Shown here piece by piece: positions 25,995-37,872 of a stretch of 64,000 bases of DNA. Each line of letters begins with the position of its first letter. Position 1 is the stretch's first letter. The notes under the pieces are model-generated. The model did no database searches and was not told the origin of the DNA. It worked only from the letters and a program-made list of their open reading frames with translations. The position numbers were made by a program, and so were the translations under genes. Location of the stretch: the NCBI GenBank assembly GCA_033119305.1, contig VSWD01000007.1:57794741-57858740 (forward strand), written 5' to 3'. This stretch comes from Pinctada imbricata (lineage: Eukaryota).

Positions 25995-26951
25995 GTAAGA
26001 AATAATCGAAAGTTCTTATTAATTCTTTATCATGTTTATGTAATTTTGCTGAAATTACCTTATTTCACTGATGTATATATACCTACTTATATTTGAAAAA
26101 AAATAATCAAAACAGTGAAAATATGATAAATTCAAACATTGTTAAATTACAATTTTTGTAGCATAATGTTCTCCTACTTATATATTATACAATTCCGGAC
26201 TTTTTACGAGGTGAGTATGGCCTGATATTTTCTTAATTTGAAAATATTGACCGAGGTAACAGCCAAGGTCGATATTTTTCAATTAAGAAAACATCACACC
26301 ATATTCACTGAGTGAAAAGTACACAATTGTTTTATTATATATTTGAAGTAATCAGTGTTTTAAAATACATGTAGAGGTACCTTTTCGAAAATGGCTGGCA
26401 ACGACTTTTCTGTAAAAAATAATTCAAGACTTAACATATTTTAAAAAGCATAATTTGTTGCTGATTTATTCTGAACCTAACAGCAATCATTCAATGAGTC
26501 AAATGAAAATGATTTTAGTGTCAAAATTCGTCCTAATTCTTAGATTGGTTTAAAGTTCAAGGATACTATAGCTCAGCTTCAAAATCCTTGATGCGGTTTT
26601 CAATAGGATGTTAATGATGTACATTTGTAACAGATATAAATTGCATGCATTTTTGATGTTTAGATATCTAAGTTTTCTTATAAGATATTGATTATTATTT
26701 TATTATACTTTGTAAATGCTTAATGCTATAAATATTCGCATATAAATTCTCCTTTTAAATTGCAAGTCCTTCCCATATACAACATAGATATTTGTAAAAT
26801 TGATAGATGAATTATATTAACTCAGTAGATAAGATATTTCATACGCAAAATCATTCATTATTATATACCGGTATAGACAAGATAGAATGTGAACTGGTAT
26901 GGGTTCATACGTTGAGTTGTTGACTTCTACAATGTGACAAGTTATTTACAG

Positions 26952-27176
26952 GATCCATTTCCCCTCTATCCTGGAGAATCGTTGGTGGATGCCGCAGATT
27001 TCCTGAAGGGAAATGCAGATTATTCTAAGGCAGTAAAGAAGCTACCCGTCATTAAGGCAAACTATGGTATCCGTCTGTACGTCAAACTGGACTTTGAGGA
27101 CGAGCTGGGAAAGCATTATGCAGGAGATACGTACCAGCTGGAAGGGCCGCTAACATACAAACCAAGGCCAGAAGTG
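26952..27176 (+). CDS. MVP: MVP exon 3/25
   Basis: Acceptor ttatttacag|GAT, donor GTG|gttcgt. Translates DPFPLYPGESLVDAADFLKGNADYSKAVKKLPVIKANYGIRLYVKLDFEDELGKHYAGDTYQLEGPLTYKPRPEV, matching the MVP segment DPFPLYPGE..LLDFEDKDG..GPGTYIPRKEV. Confidence 0.9.
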
Positions 27177-28042
27177 GTTCGTAAACATCTGTTCTTTCTT
27201 TTTATTTTAACGATAATTTGCTGTCACAAAGTTCAGACTACTGACTTGTTTATTAAATCAGGATCACTTTGTTTTGATGATTCTTTCTGCTGTTTTAGGA
27301 CTTTGTCTTTGGTTTTGGAGCCGAGGTCATAATTTATCTAAAAATATTAATTCATACACATTAAATCTGCTTTCCTCAAGAAAATTTTTACATGTATTTA
27401 ATGCTTAAATGTAAGATTGTTGCTGCATTGTATCTTATTTCAATACAATATCCATGTGACATTAACGTGTTATATATTGTTCAGTTTATTAACCTGCATA
27501 AAGAGCAATGTTATCATGGCAAGGTGATTTGGATATAGTGATTATGAAAGTTAGTATGATATATGAAGCCTCTTATTCGCTATTTTCGAAAACCAGAGTT
27601 ACTTCCCATTTGAGACGGTAGACTGATTGTGACGTCATCAAATTCTATGGAAACAGTCCTAAAAGTCTGGGAAACGACAGTGTTAATTCGACATTACCAT
27701 ACCATTTTCATGATGTCACAATGGTTTTACGTCAGATACCGTCTGTAATGGGAAATAACTCTGTATTACGCAAATACTCAATATGATATCTGAGAGCTAG
27801 GCCGGTATACCTTCAGATAGACTCAATAGGTCCCAACAACAGTCATGTACAATCTTTCAGATTCAAGGATGAATTTTTTAGATATTTATCAACTTTATTT
27901 TATCAACTCGCCCAGAGTATGCGTGGCTAATACAGTCCACTGTAGTTATTTCTGTGAACATGATGTTCTGTGGAGTTAGTTTTCAAAATACGTGTATATG
28001 TACAGGTAAAATATGGAAATAAACACGTGTTTAACTTTACAG

Positions 28043-28134
28043 GATGTTCGAGAGATAGTTGAGCCTGTTATTGTTAGATCAGGAACAGTTCTAAAGATAA
28101 AAGCCACCCAGGAGTTCACCGACAGAAATGGAAC
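28043..28134 (+). CDS. MVP: MVP exon 4/25
   Basis: Acceptor ctttacag|GAT, donor AAC|gtaagt. Translates DVREIVEPVIVRSGTVLKIKATQEFTDRNG, similar to EVVEIIQATIIRQNQALRLRA. Confidence 0.9.
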
Positions 28135-28287
28135 GTAAGTTTATTAAGAAACTTCCTTGCATAAGATTACATAAAAGAGAGTGTATCCATGGCAATGTTA
28201 CCTACATTATGACAATGTTTTCTTTAGTGATGTTTTAGAGTAAAATATATTACTACATGTAAGTGCCCCTGGGTTATAATTTTACAG

Positions 28288-28357
28288 TGAGAGAGTGACA
28301 GCAGAAGAATGGATGGTGACCAAAGAAGGAGCATACTTACCTGATGTCTTTGAGCAG
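28288..28357 (+). CDS. MVP: MVP exon 5/25
   Basis: Acceptor tttacag|TGAG, donor CAG|gtaaaa. Translates (T)ERVTAEEWMVTKEGAYLPDVFEQ, similar to [24 protein letters not shown]. Confidence 0.9.
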
Positions 28358-28509
28358 GTAAAAAAAAAACAATTAAGTCAGAAATCTTGCTAAAATGATT
28401 GATTCTAAGCTATTATGTTGTTTACACTCTTAAAGTGCTGAAGAATTATATACATGTATTTTGCTGAAAAAATAATATTGACAGGGATTTGAATTATTTC
28501 ATTTTAAAG

Positions 28510-28604
28510 GTGGTATCCGTGGAGAAGAAAATTACACTGACACCAGATTGTGGAATTCACTTATATGCAGTACAGTCTGTTACTGATCAGTTTGGCAGGA
28601 AAAG
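28510..28604 (+). CDS. MVP: MVP exon 6/25
   Basis: Acceptor ttttaaag|GTG, donor AAAG|gtttgt. Translates VVSVEKKITLTPDCGIHLYAVQSVTDQFGRK. Confidence 0.85.
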
Positions 28605-29258
28605 GTTTGTTGATATTTTACTTGATGTGTACCAAAGACTGTTCATACTAATAGTCTTTATGTCATAATTTTAGCTGTCCATGTATTTGTCAAAGTTAAA
28701 GGTTTAAGTAAGTTAATGCATAGCAAGGTCCGTGAAGTCATGAACCATTCAAGGTAATAACTTCATTATTTAAGGTATTTAGCAAAACCTGAATTTTGCT
28801 ATTTACATGTATATCATATTGCATAAAGCCTCAGAATTTGAAAATAAGAAAATGTAAGTGTTCTAATGTAACCTTACTGAACAAGGTGTTCCATAAAATA
28901 TATCAAGCAAGAAATAAGAACCTTTTGTTGTTAAGTTATCCAGGGGAAAAAAGGAAAAAATCACCTAAATCAGAAACTTATCAAAAAGGAGAAAATTTAA
29001 GATTTTAAGATTAGTATCGGCCGGTGACATCACAGTACATGTACATGTATAATGGTCAAGTGATGTGAAAGTAGGTCAAATATTTAAAACATCTTGTTTC
29101 TGCAAAACTAAGAGAATGAAAGAAAAAATAAGTTCTTTCTGCTGTGTACATTATATTTACATTGTTTACTACTTGATATATTATTTAAAAAGAGACTAAT
29201 GCATACTTTGAAGATGTAGAATGGAAAAGATGCACTGATATATGTATATGATTACAGG

Positions 29259-29325
29259 CTTGCAGGAGAATCTTGGCTTCTGACAGGAGAAGATGTAAAT
29301 GAATATCCCCCTGAAATAGGCGTGG
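29259..29325 (+). CDS. MVP: MVP exon 7/25
   Basis: Acceptor gattacag|GCT, donor GTG|gtaagt. Translates (R)LAGESWLLTGEDVNEYPPEIGV, similar to [24 protein letters not shown]. Confidence 0.9.
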
Positions 29326-29683
29326 TAAGTAAGGGCATTACTGTCATAAAAATAGACCATTTTCCGATCTTGATTAAAAACTCAAAATGTTGTTGACGTT
29401 GTTTTTCATTATGACGTCACTGTTAAAAGACGCAATTCTATTCTGACGTAACAAGGAAAAAGTGCACAAAAGTTGCCTGCCTCTGACATTTTTTGTAGTT
29501 TTGTTAGCCATTATGGATCTATTGAGGCTGTATAAATGGATATTTTGTTTAATATAACATAAATCTGCGCGGGAATAGTTAAGCTTCTATAAAGTTAATT
29601 TGTGTGCCGGTTATGTCAACCAATGAGTGTTAGTTATGATCATGAAATTATATTTTTTTCCTCATTTAAAAAAATTCTTGCAG

Positions 29684-29825
29684 GAAGTAAGAGGTCAGGT
29701 AAACAAAATGGTTTTATGGAAAGGACAATACGCTGTCATAGAAAATGTTGTCGACAAAAAGGGTAAACCTCAGCTTGGAAAACGAGAGCTACGTGTTGGA
29801 CCATGCTCATTCTTTATGCATCCAC
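29684..29825 (+). CDS. MVP: MVP exon 8/25
   Basis: Acceptor ttcttgcag|GAA, donor CCAC|gtaaat. Translates EVRGQVNKMVLWKGQYAVIENVVDKKGKPQLGKRELRVGPCSFFMHP, similar to [36 protein letters not shown]. Confidence 0.9.
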
Positions 29826-30064
29826 GTAAATATTTTTACTCTTCTTGGAAACATTAAAAAAACAATTTTTTCTTTTATTATGATTTCCAGTATATCCGAT
29901 TCCAACTACAGAAATGTTGAAAAAGACTTGATGAATATTTCTTTACAGATAGTTATTATGTGAAGGACACTCTGAATTTTATTTTACAAAGGCTGAAAAT
30001 AGAAAAATAATTTTGAACAGACAGATGAAGTATTATGATAGTGCAAGGTGCCTTTACTTTGTAG

Positions 30065-30169
30065 ATGAAAGCTTAGAAAAAGGTAAAGTACAAGATGCTT
30101 ATGTGATGGGTGAAAACCAGGCACTCATATTGACTGCTGATGAAGAATTTAAGGATAAAATGTTCAAAA
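30065..30169 (+). CDS. MVP: MVP exon 9/25
   Basis: Acceptor ctttgtag|ATG, donor AAAA|gtaagt. Translates (H)ESLEKGKVQDAYVMGENQALILTADEEFKDKMFK, similar to EQLEQGIQDVYVLSEQQGLLLRA. Confidence 0.85.
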
Positions 30170-30179
30170 GTAAGTGACT

Positions 30180-30345
30180 ATCTGTATTTTTAGCCGAGTT
30201 GCAAAACTCGGCTCTTAATTTGATGTGAGACGGGCGGGCGGGCGGGCGGGCGGGCGGGCGTCTGGGCGGGCGGTTGAGCGGGCGATTGAGCGGGCGGTTG
30301 GGCGGGCGTCTGGGCGGGCGGGCGGGAGGGCGTCAACAATTGGTT
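30180..30345 (+). repeat. G-rich (GGGC)n / GGGCGKBTGAGC minisatellite in MVP intron 9, preceded by a 9-bp-stem hairpin (agccgagtt gcaaa aactcggct); G4-forming potential on the + strand
   Basis: gggcgggcgggcgggcgggcgggcgtctgggcgggcggttgagcgggcgattgagcgggcggttgggcgggcgtctgggcgggcgggcgggagggcg. Confidence 0.9.
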
Positions 30346-30394
30346 TCCGGACTATAAGTCAACTACGAAAGAGGATATAACAATGAAACTTCAT

Positions 30395-31560
30395 ACACTA
30401 ACTCACCATTAGTCAAGGATGAGCCCTATTGATTTTGGGGTCAAAAGGTCAAAGGTCAAGGTCACAGGACTCAGATGATTGAAAATGGTTTCCGGACCAT
30501 ATTTCAGCCTGTATTGCACCTATAATCATGAAACTTGCCAGAAATGTTTCCCTTGAATCAAGGATGAGGCCTATTGATTTTGGGGTCAAAAGGTCAAAGG
30601 TCAAGGTCACAGGACTCAGATGATTGAAAATGGTTTCCGGACCATATTTCAGCCTGTATTGCACCTATAATCATGAAACTTGCCAGAAATGTTTCCCTTG
30701 AATCAAGGATGAGGCCTATTGATTTTGGGGTCAAAAGGTCAAAGGTCAAGGTCACAGGACTCTGTTGATTGAAATTGGTTTTCGGACCATATTTCAGCCT
30801 GTATTGCACCTATAATCATGTAACTTGCCAGAAATGTTTCCTGTGAATAGAAAATGACCACTTTTGATTTTGGGGTCAAAAGGTCAAAGGTCAAGGTCAC
30901 AGGACTCTGATGATTGAAAATGGTTTCCTGGCCATATTTTAGCCTGTATTGCACCTAAAGTCATGAAACTTGCCAATAATGATTCCCATGAATCAAGAAT
31001 GACCCCTATTGATTTTGGGGTCAAAAGGTCAAAGGTCAAGGTCACAGGACTCCGATGATTGAAAGTGGTTTCCGGACCATATTTCAGCCTGTATTGCAAT
31101 TATAATCATGAAGCTTGCCAGAAATGTTTCCCATGGATCAAGGATGACCACTATCAATTTTGGGGTTAAAAGGTCAAAGGTCAAGGTCACAGGACTAAGA
31201 TGATTAAAAATGGTTTCACGACTGAATTTGAGCCTGTATTGCACCTATAATCATGTTACTTGCCAGAAATGTTTCCAGTGAATAGAAAATGACCACTTTT
31301 GATTTAGGGGTCAAAGGGTCAAAGATCAAGGTCACAGGACTTAGGTAATTGAAAATGGTTTCCAGACCATTTTTGAGCCTGTATTGCACCTATAATCATG
31401 AAACTTGCCATTAATTTTTGGGTCAAAAGGTCAAAGATCAAGGTCACAGGACTCAGATGATTGAAAATGTTTTCCCAACCATATTTGAGCCTGTATTGCA
31501 CCTATAATCATGAAACTTGCCAGAAATGTTTCCCGTGATTTAAGTAGAAATAAATTTCTC
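30395..31560. repeat. 145-bp satellite of about 8 units in MVP intron 9; each unit carries AGGTCAAAGGTCAAGGTCA (DR1-type direct repeats of the nuclear-receptor half-site)
   Basis: The ORF track shows minus-strand 71-aa pseudo-ORFs (MQYRLKYGPETIFNH...) at exactly 145-bp spacing: 30449, 30594, 30739, 30884, 31029. Confidence 0.9.
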
Positions 31561-32895
31561 GCGCTTTCCCAGATATTTGCGTGTTTTTTGTCATTTTTCT
31601 GCCAGTCTATCCTGTTCTCAATGAATATTTAAGATATGAATTGTACCTTATTCTGTATCTTTAGAGTATGCTTTGTTAAATCATATTGTACATACAAATA
31701 CAGTTCAATATTTAAATCCAATTCTACATAAAAGTTCTTTGTTCTTTGTTTTATAGTAGTTCTCTTTTGCTTAAGGTTCCTGCACCCTAATAGACAACTT
31801 TCGGTTAAAATTTTCACAACATTTCGCCATTTCCAACAAGTACCGATGATTTTATCATCGCAAATGTTCGTACATAATAGCATGAGTTTACAAATGGTAC
31901 CATGTAAACAAGAAAAATTAGGACATAAAGTATTCTGTATGATGAGATTGAAAATCTGTATCCTTGAAAATATATTACGCGCTGATATAGAATAAAGAGA
32001 AGACCATTTCTTGATCCAGAAATTTTCATTTAGGACCACAAAATGTTGTTACAAACCATACACATTTCATGTTAGTCTGCATATTCATACATACATTCCA
32101 GTTTTGCAACTCGGCATTTTGCATCTTCGATGCATTTTGAGCTTATTTCAGAAATTAAATACCATTCAAATTGTTAAATATCAGAAAAAAGGGGAAAAAT
32201 ATACAGTCAAACCTGTCTTAAAGTGACCCTCTTTTTAGCGACTTCCTGCTTTATGTGACCTTTTTTATTCCTCCCAAGCAATTTTCCTATCAAATTAACC
32301 TGTATATAGCAACAACCTGTCTAACGCGACAACGACCGTGATTTTTCTGTCCCGCACCGAATTCCGAACCTGTATATTATGACTTAAAGTGTTGTAAAGG
32401 ACCCAAACTACATATTATTTTACATTAAATCTCTTCATCAGTGTCTTTCATAATTAAATCTTCTGTGATACATAAAATCTAATGTGATTTTATTTGTGCA
32501 GTACGATTAATCAATAAATACACGAATTGATATATGCAGTTTACATGTATCATTTTATGGTATTGCTCTTATACTTCGGAAGTTTTGTTGGTCAAAGTCA
32601 GATCAGCTTGAACCTGTATTCAGTGACCACCTGTCTTATGTGACCTATTTTCGATCGGCCCTTGCAGAGTCACATAAGACAGGTTTGACTGTACCTTTTT
32701 TCACCTTTTGTAGCATTTATGTTGTAAAATTATCAATTTTTGTTTTTGCATATTGCTTATTTTTCATTGATTCTTCAGTAATAAACACTGTAAGTAAGTA
32801 AACATTGGTAAGTAGTATTTATTAGTCCACAAGAGAATACAGATTTTGATCAAAAGTACAGGGGTTGTAAACATAGAGTATTTTCGTTTTTGTAG

Positions 32896-32983
32896 ACAAG
32901 CTGAGGAGATGTGGTGATAGATGGATGATTCAGGGTCCACTAGAATATATACCTCCTATTGAAGTTAGCATAGTCAAAAAGAG
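32896..32983 (+). CDS. MVP: MVP exon 10/25
   Basis: Acceptor tttttgtag|ACA, donor GAG|gtcaga. Translates (N)KLRRCGDRWMIQGPLEYIPPIEVSIVKK, similar to [24 protein letters not shown]. Confidence 0.85.
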
Positions 32984-33417
32984 GTCAGATTTAATATGTT
33001 CTGATCGTAACTCTTGTATAACAGCAGAAAAAACAGGGATTACTTTGTGCAATGTCTTAGATTTGACTCTTATTAGATTTGGCCATTTTTGTTCATAGTT
33101 ATCAATAGATCCAAGTCTATCAATTTTCATACAGAATTTAGATTTTTGAAATATTAATGCATTCAAATCGTTTTAGATGATTTCAAAATATAATTGTAAA
33201 TAAAAAAACATAAAACCTACAGCATATAGACCAGACTAAAATAGAAAACTGTTGTGAAATGAAATCACAAAAAGAGAGTGAAACATTTGCCCAGGAAGAG
33301 TAAGTATATTTTGCTAGTATGCCACGTATGGTACAATGCTGTTGAATTATAAGTCATGACATGAAGTCGAATTAACAGTAGTAAATCTATATTTGTGTAA
33401 TTCATGTTTATTTTCAG

Positions 33418-33478
33418 AGCTAAAATCCCACTGAGCAAGAATGAAGGAATCTATGTCCAAGACTGGAAAACAGGACAG
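33418..33478 (+). CDS. MVP: MVP exon 11/25
   Basis: Acceptor ttattttcag|AGC, donor CAG|gtttgt. Translates (R)[20 protein letters not shown], similar to [21 protein letters not shown]. Confidence 0.9.
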
Positions 33479-33592
33479 GTTTGTGTTTTATACACTTTGA
33501 GATTTTTTTCAGTGAAAAAAAATTATCTTCAGATATTTTATGGGCATTTCATATTGTCTATTGAGAACTCAGACATTTACTTTGTGTTTTAG

Positions 33593-33687
33593 GTACGGAC
33601 TGAGATGGGACCAATGTCATACATGTTAACAGAGAATGAAGAATTATGGTGTAAGGAACTACCTGGTAACACAGAAAATTTACTTAA
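33593..33687 (+). CDS. MVP: MVP exon 12/25
   Basis: Acceptor gtgttttag|GTA, donor TTAA|gtaagt. Translates VRTEMGPMSYMLTENEELWCKELPGNTENLL, similar to [30 protein letters not shown]. Confidence 0.9.
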
Positions 33688-34051
33688 GTAAGTTTTGCGA
33701 TATGTACGTGTATATACATGTATACCTCGTTCTCTACCAAATTCTTATTAATCTTAATTTGTGATCAAATACAATCAATTTTGAATTTTTCTCCAATAAC
33801 AATGCTTTGAAATAATGTATGTGTTATTAAAAATGAGATATAATTTAGCATGCCATTATATAATCACATATCATGGGATATATATAGAGAAAAAAATGGA
33901 TCTATTATAAAAGAACAATTTATTAAGTAAGACGAGAACATGTTTTATGTCAGATATATTACAAGTCCTATATTGTGTGAGGTTTAGAGTTTTTGATATG
34001 ATTAAGAAGACATGAGATTGTATATGACTGAGATTCTGATTTTATTTTTAG

Positions 34052-34130
34052 ACAAGGAGGTGGTGGTGGAGGTCAGGATATCAGAAAGATGGCGTACTTT
34101 GAACAATCAATAGATCCTCACATGTTAAAG
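34052..34130 (+). CDS. MVP: MVP exon 13/25
   Basis: Acceptor tttatttttag|ACA, donor AAG|gtacag. Translates (K)QGGGGGGQDIRKMAYFEQSIDPHMLK. Confidence 0.8.
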
Positions 34131-34783
34131 GTACAGCTAAATTGTTTTGCTTCCTTTTAATTAAGTACCATTCTCATTTTAAAAAATTAAAAAAGAATTA
34201 ATTTTGCTCAGGAAATTGTTCCCTTATAAAATGTCGAAACATATTGTTTTCGTATTTTCGGAAGTGACCATATTGTGCCGTTTTCGTCGATGAGTATCTT
34301 ATTTGCACACAAAAGGAACAAAATTGTTATTTTCTCAGGATATCTTTTGTCACCACTACTTCTGAAAAGCATACTAAATGAATTTTTTTCTTTTTTGGTT
34401 TTCGTAAGATTAGAAGAATTTTGAGTTGGTTTTTTTTTTATTTTCACTGTGTTGTGGTATTTTTCTTTTGAGTCCTGGATAATGTCACAATATACCAAAG
34501 CTTGACTGGTAACGTCATATCAAATTGGCCATTGAAAAATAAACTTGACAAACATCTCTAATAAACAAAAACAAAAAAAAGCAGTAGAGTGTGAAACGGT
34601 AAAATTAGGGTACCAGCGAAATATGGTACCTTGCTCTAGATGTAAATTAGCTTTGACATGAAATTTGTCTTTTTAACATGAAGTAAATGTGTTCCAAGCT
34701 TACGATCAATTCAAAGAAATATCTTTAATCCAATCTGTCAGGTACATTTCATATATTTATACATAAAGTATTGATATTTTTAG

Positions 34784-34840
34784 GGTCGAGATAAGACCAG
34801 ACTTGTGACATACAGATGTCCTGGTAACACAGCAGTCCAG
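34784..34840 (+). CDS. MVP: MVP exon 14/25
   Basis: Acceptor atatttttag|GGT, donor CAG|gtgaga. Translates GRDKTRLVTYRCPGNTAVQ, similar to RNKTRVVSYRVPHNAAVQ. Confidence 0.9.
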
Positions 34841-35119
34841 GTGAGATTTACTTGTAGTCTCTACCAAGTGAATTTCTTGCATATTTATTTACATGTTTAC
34901 ATGATGCAGATATAAACATTTGTAAAATTGTGTTTTGAAATCATACGATAATTTGATAACAATTTATAGAAAAGGAGGGAGTCTTGTAGAAAAGCTTCTA
35001 AAAACTCCTTTCTTCTGATGTAGAAAAAAATCCCTAACCCAACTCTAACCCAAAAATAGTCAGCTTAGCTTTTCTTTCAGAATAGGTAACAGATAGAATT
35101 AAAAGTTATTCTATTACAG

Positions 35120-35216
35120 GTGTACAACTATCTAGAGAAGACAGCTCGTGTTGTGTTCGGTCCAGATCTGGTCATATTGGGAGCTCATGAAAATTTCAAC
35201 GTTTTAAGTTTGAGTG
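35120..35216 (+). CDS. MVP: MVP exon 15/25
   Basis: Acceptor tctattacag|GTG, donor AGTG|gtaatt. Translates [32 protein letters not shown], similar to [32 protein letters not shown]. Confidence 0.9.
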
Positions 35217-35527
35217 GTAATTATTTAAAATTGTTGTATCTTTTCTGAATTCTATACAAAAGTGAAAGGTATTATGAAAATTCAGATCCACATGCATGTC
35301 AGATGTAAATTATTGATTTGAATATCAATAGAATTTCATTTATTTAGATTTTAGTTTAAATGTACAGGTACATGTAAAGGTATAACATAGGAGTATAAAG
35401 AAGTGTAAGATTCATAATATACATGCTCATATTATTTCAATCTAAAATATTTACTGTATCTGTGTACTTTGTATGAGTATTGCAGAACTTGAAGTTACAT
35501 ATTGAAATTTGTGAATCTTTTTATCAG

Positions 35528-35607
35528 CGGGAAAACCAAAGAAAAGTGATGCTCTACAATCATTGTGCCTTATGCTGGGACCAGACTTTATTAGTGATAT
35601 TATAGAG
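35528..35607 (+). CDS. MVP: MVP exon 16/25
   Basis: Acceptor ttttatcag|CGG, donor GAG|gtaaaa. Translates (A)GKPKKSDALQSLCLMLGPDFISDIIE, similar to [29 protein letters not shown]. Confidence 0.9.
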
Positions 35608-35893
35608 GTAAAAATCACTATGTCGCTAAATCAGTAAAAACAAACAATATGAAGTATATAAGCTACTTTACATTACCATGATGGAAAAAATAAACTTAAA
35701 TCGAATGAAGTAAAGTTTTGCTGGAGTACAATTTAAAAATAATTTTACTATACAAGTTCATATATTTATCAGCATGTATGCATAGGTTTTTAAAATCAAC
35801 AAAATTTTTGGAAAGTTTTGAGATTTGAATTTCTGGTGACATGAAGTATAAAACAACACATTTAGCCATGTAATTTTTTTTCTCTGTGTACAG

Positions 35894-35953
35894 GTAGAAA
35901 CATCAGACCATGCTCGTTTACGTATACAGTTAGCTTTCAACAATCATTTTGAG
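35894..35953 (+). CDS. MVP: MVP exon 17/25
   Basis: Acceptor tgtgtacag|GTA, donor GAG|gtacac. Translates VETSDHARLRIQLAFNNHFE, similar to [20 protein letters not shown]. Confidence 0.9.
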
Positions 35954-36264
35954 GTACACTGTACATGTTCTTGATATATTTACACACTCTTGTCATATTG
36001 GATTTCTTTATTAAGTTTCAAGTTTATATGTAGCAGCTCAATTCATAAGGCATACTAGAAAGATAACATTACAAAATGATGCATCTTGTAGAGATATTAA
36101 ATTTTAAGATTATCAAGTCTTTAGTTAAGATTGAGAATAAGATAACCAAACAATAAAAATAATGAGAGTAGACATAGTATGTATTCACAGTAAGTCATTT
36201 TGGATTTCTTTAGAATTAATGTAAATGTTTGTTTCACCACATTTTTGTTGATTTCTTTTTCTAG

Positions 36265-36343
36265 TACACGATAGGTGACAAAGAGAGTGAAGCAAGGATA
36301 TTTTCTGTTCCTGATTTCATAGGATTTGCTTGTCGACAACTAG
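36265..36343 (+). CDS. MVP: MVP exon 18/25
   Basis: Acceptor ttctttttctag|TAC, donor CTAG|gttggt. Translates YTIGDKESEARIFSVPDFIGFACRQL, similar to [26 protein letters not shown]. Confidence 0.9.
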
Positions 36344-36609
36344 GTTGGTATGCTTAGTATACATATATAATAAAATGTGGCTGTCTTTTAAAATTACATT
36401 TAATTTATTGTGTGAACTTAATGATCGCTGAGAAAATTCTATTCCATGTACTCTTTTTCGCAAAACTGATATAGGAATGAAACATATTCATGGAGTAAAA
36501 TTGATTTTATATACATAGTAATCTTCATATTGATGATGAACATGTACATGTACAGTATAAACTCCCACAACCTATATCATAGCTTTATGATTCATAATTT
36601 TAACCTTAG

Positions 36610-36752
36610 GTGCTCGTATCAGAGGAGCAGTTGCTCAGGTGACCTTTGACGAATTTCATCGACACTCAGCTTCTGTGATACAAGCTTCTGTATTTGGACT
36701 AGATGAGTCAGGAAACTTAAAAACTCAACTCAAATTCCCTGCTAATAATCTG
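36610..36752 (+). CDS. MVP: MVP exon 19/25
   Basis: Acceptor taaccttag|GTG, donor CTG|gtacag. Translates (G)ARIRGAVAQVTFDEFHRHSASVIQASVFGLDESGNLKTQLKFPANNL, similar to [32 protein letters not shown]. Confidence 0.9.
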
Positions 36753-37254
36753 GTACAGTTATTTCTTCCTTGTTAAGGTCTCTCACTACAAAAATGAAGT
36801 TTTTACTTGTATATCTACTGGTTGAGTCAGTTTTTACTTTGTGAATGAACATAACATTTTAAAGTAGAAACTTGGTTTGCATCAAGTTACATTTCAATCT
36901 ATCAAAGAGCAAATTGAAGGTTTTTTTTCACCCATTTTTGCACAAATACATGTATATTGACTTGGAATTGATTGGGATTGAAGACTTTTCATTTATATGT
37001 ATAAAATAATACACTGAAACTGCTTAATAATTTACTTTCTGTCAACTAATCTTTTCAGAAATTGCATGTATAATTCTTCCTTAATTAACATAAGGTAGAT
37101 AATTTATTGATGATTGTTTTTCCTAATAGGTTTGTTATCTCAATAGTCAGATACATGTATTATTTAATAGATACATGTACATGTATTGTCATAATGCAGT
37201 GGTCGTAATAGAAAATACAGATACAGGTACATGTGTATGATTTATGGTTTGTAG

Positions 37255-37355
37255 GTGATCAGTAGTATTGACATACAGAGCATCGAACCAGTGGATATCA
37301 AGATGAGAGACAGCTTAAGTAAATCTGTACAACTAGCCATAGAAATTTCTACTAA
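37255..37355 (+). CDS. MVP: MVP exon 20/25
   Basis: Acceptor ggtttgtag|GTG, donor CTAA|gtaagt. Translates [33 protein letters not shown], similar to [33 protein letters not shown]. Confidence 0.9.
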
Positions 37356-37872
37356 GTAAGTACTCCTGGTGTAATTGAGGGAACGCAAATTACTTTATGA
37401 CTTCATAATCAATGCCTGATCAAACATTACTTTGACGGGACATTTGATTGTACGTCTTAATGCTCACCATGGGATGTAACTCTGTTGGACAAAAAAAATT
37501 GGCTCAGCGGGCTTAATTGTTTTTTACATGTACTTGCATACCTAATCAAGGATTTTTCATGTGATGCATTAATTAAGAAAAGAATGGGGTATGAATGTGT
37601 GTATGCAAGGTTTTTATATATGTACATTCAAAATATGTCACTCTCAATGAATTAACATTTGTTAAAACAATGATGTGACATACTGAAAAAAAAAAAGAAT
37701 GTCTTTGTGGATGTATCTTAATGGCATTTATCCTCTTGTTAGTTCATTTGCATATTCTTTGAATCCTGTAGTGAGTCTTTGAAAATTTGAGCTTTTATCA
37801 ACCATATTGTAAGGCTATGACCATAACCATACTTACCTAGTACATGTTTGAGTGTCTGCTACTCTGATACAG

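Noticed and set aside
30449-31501. Series of about 71-aa minus-strand ORFs (MQYRLKYGPETIFNH...) and the analogous 79-aa ORFs at 47192..49065 (MKLYRKEVLKVLYQ...)
   Set aside because: They recur at exactly 145-bp spacing and are the same satellite monomer read through in one stop-free frame. There are no start or splice signals and no homology. They are artefacts of tandem repetition, not genes.
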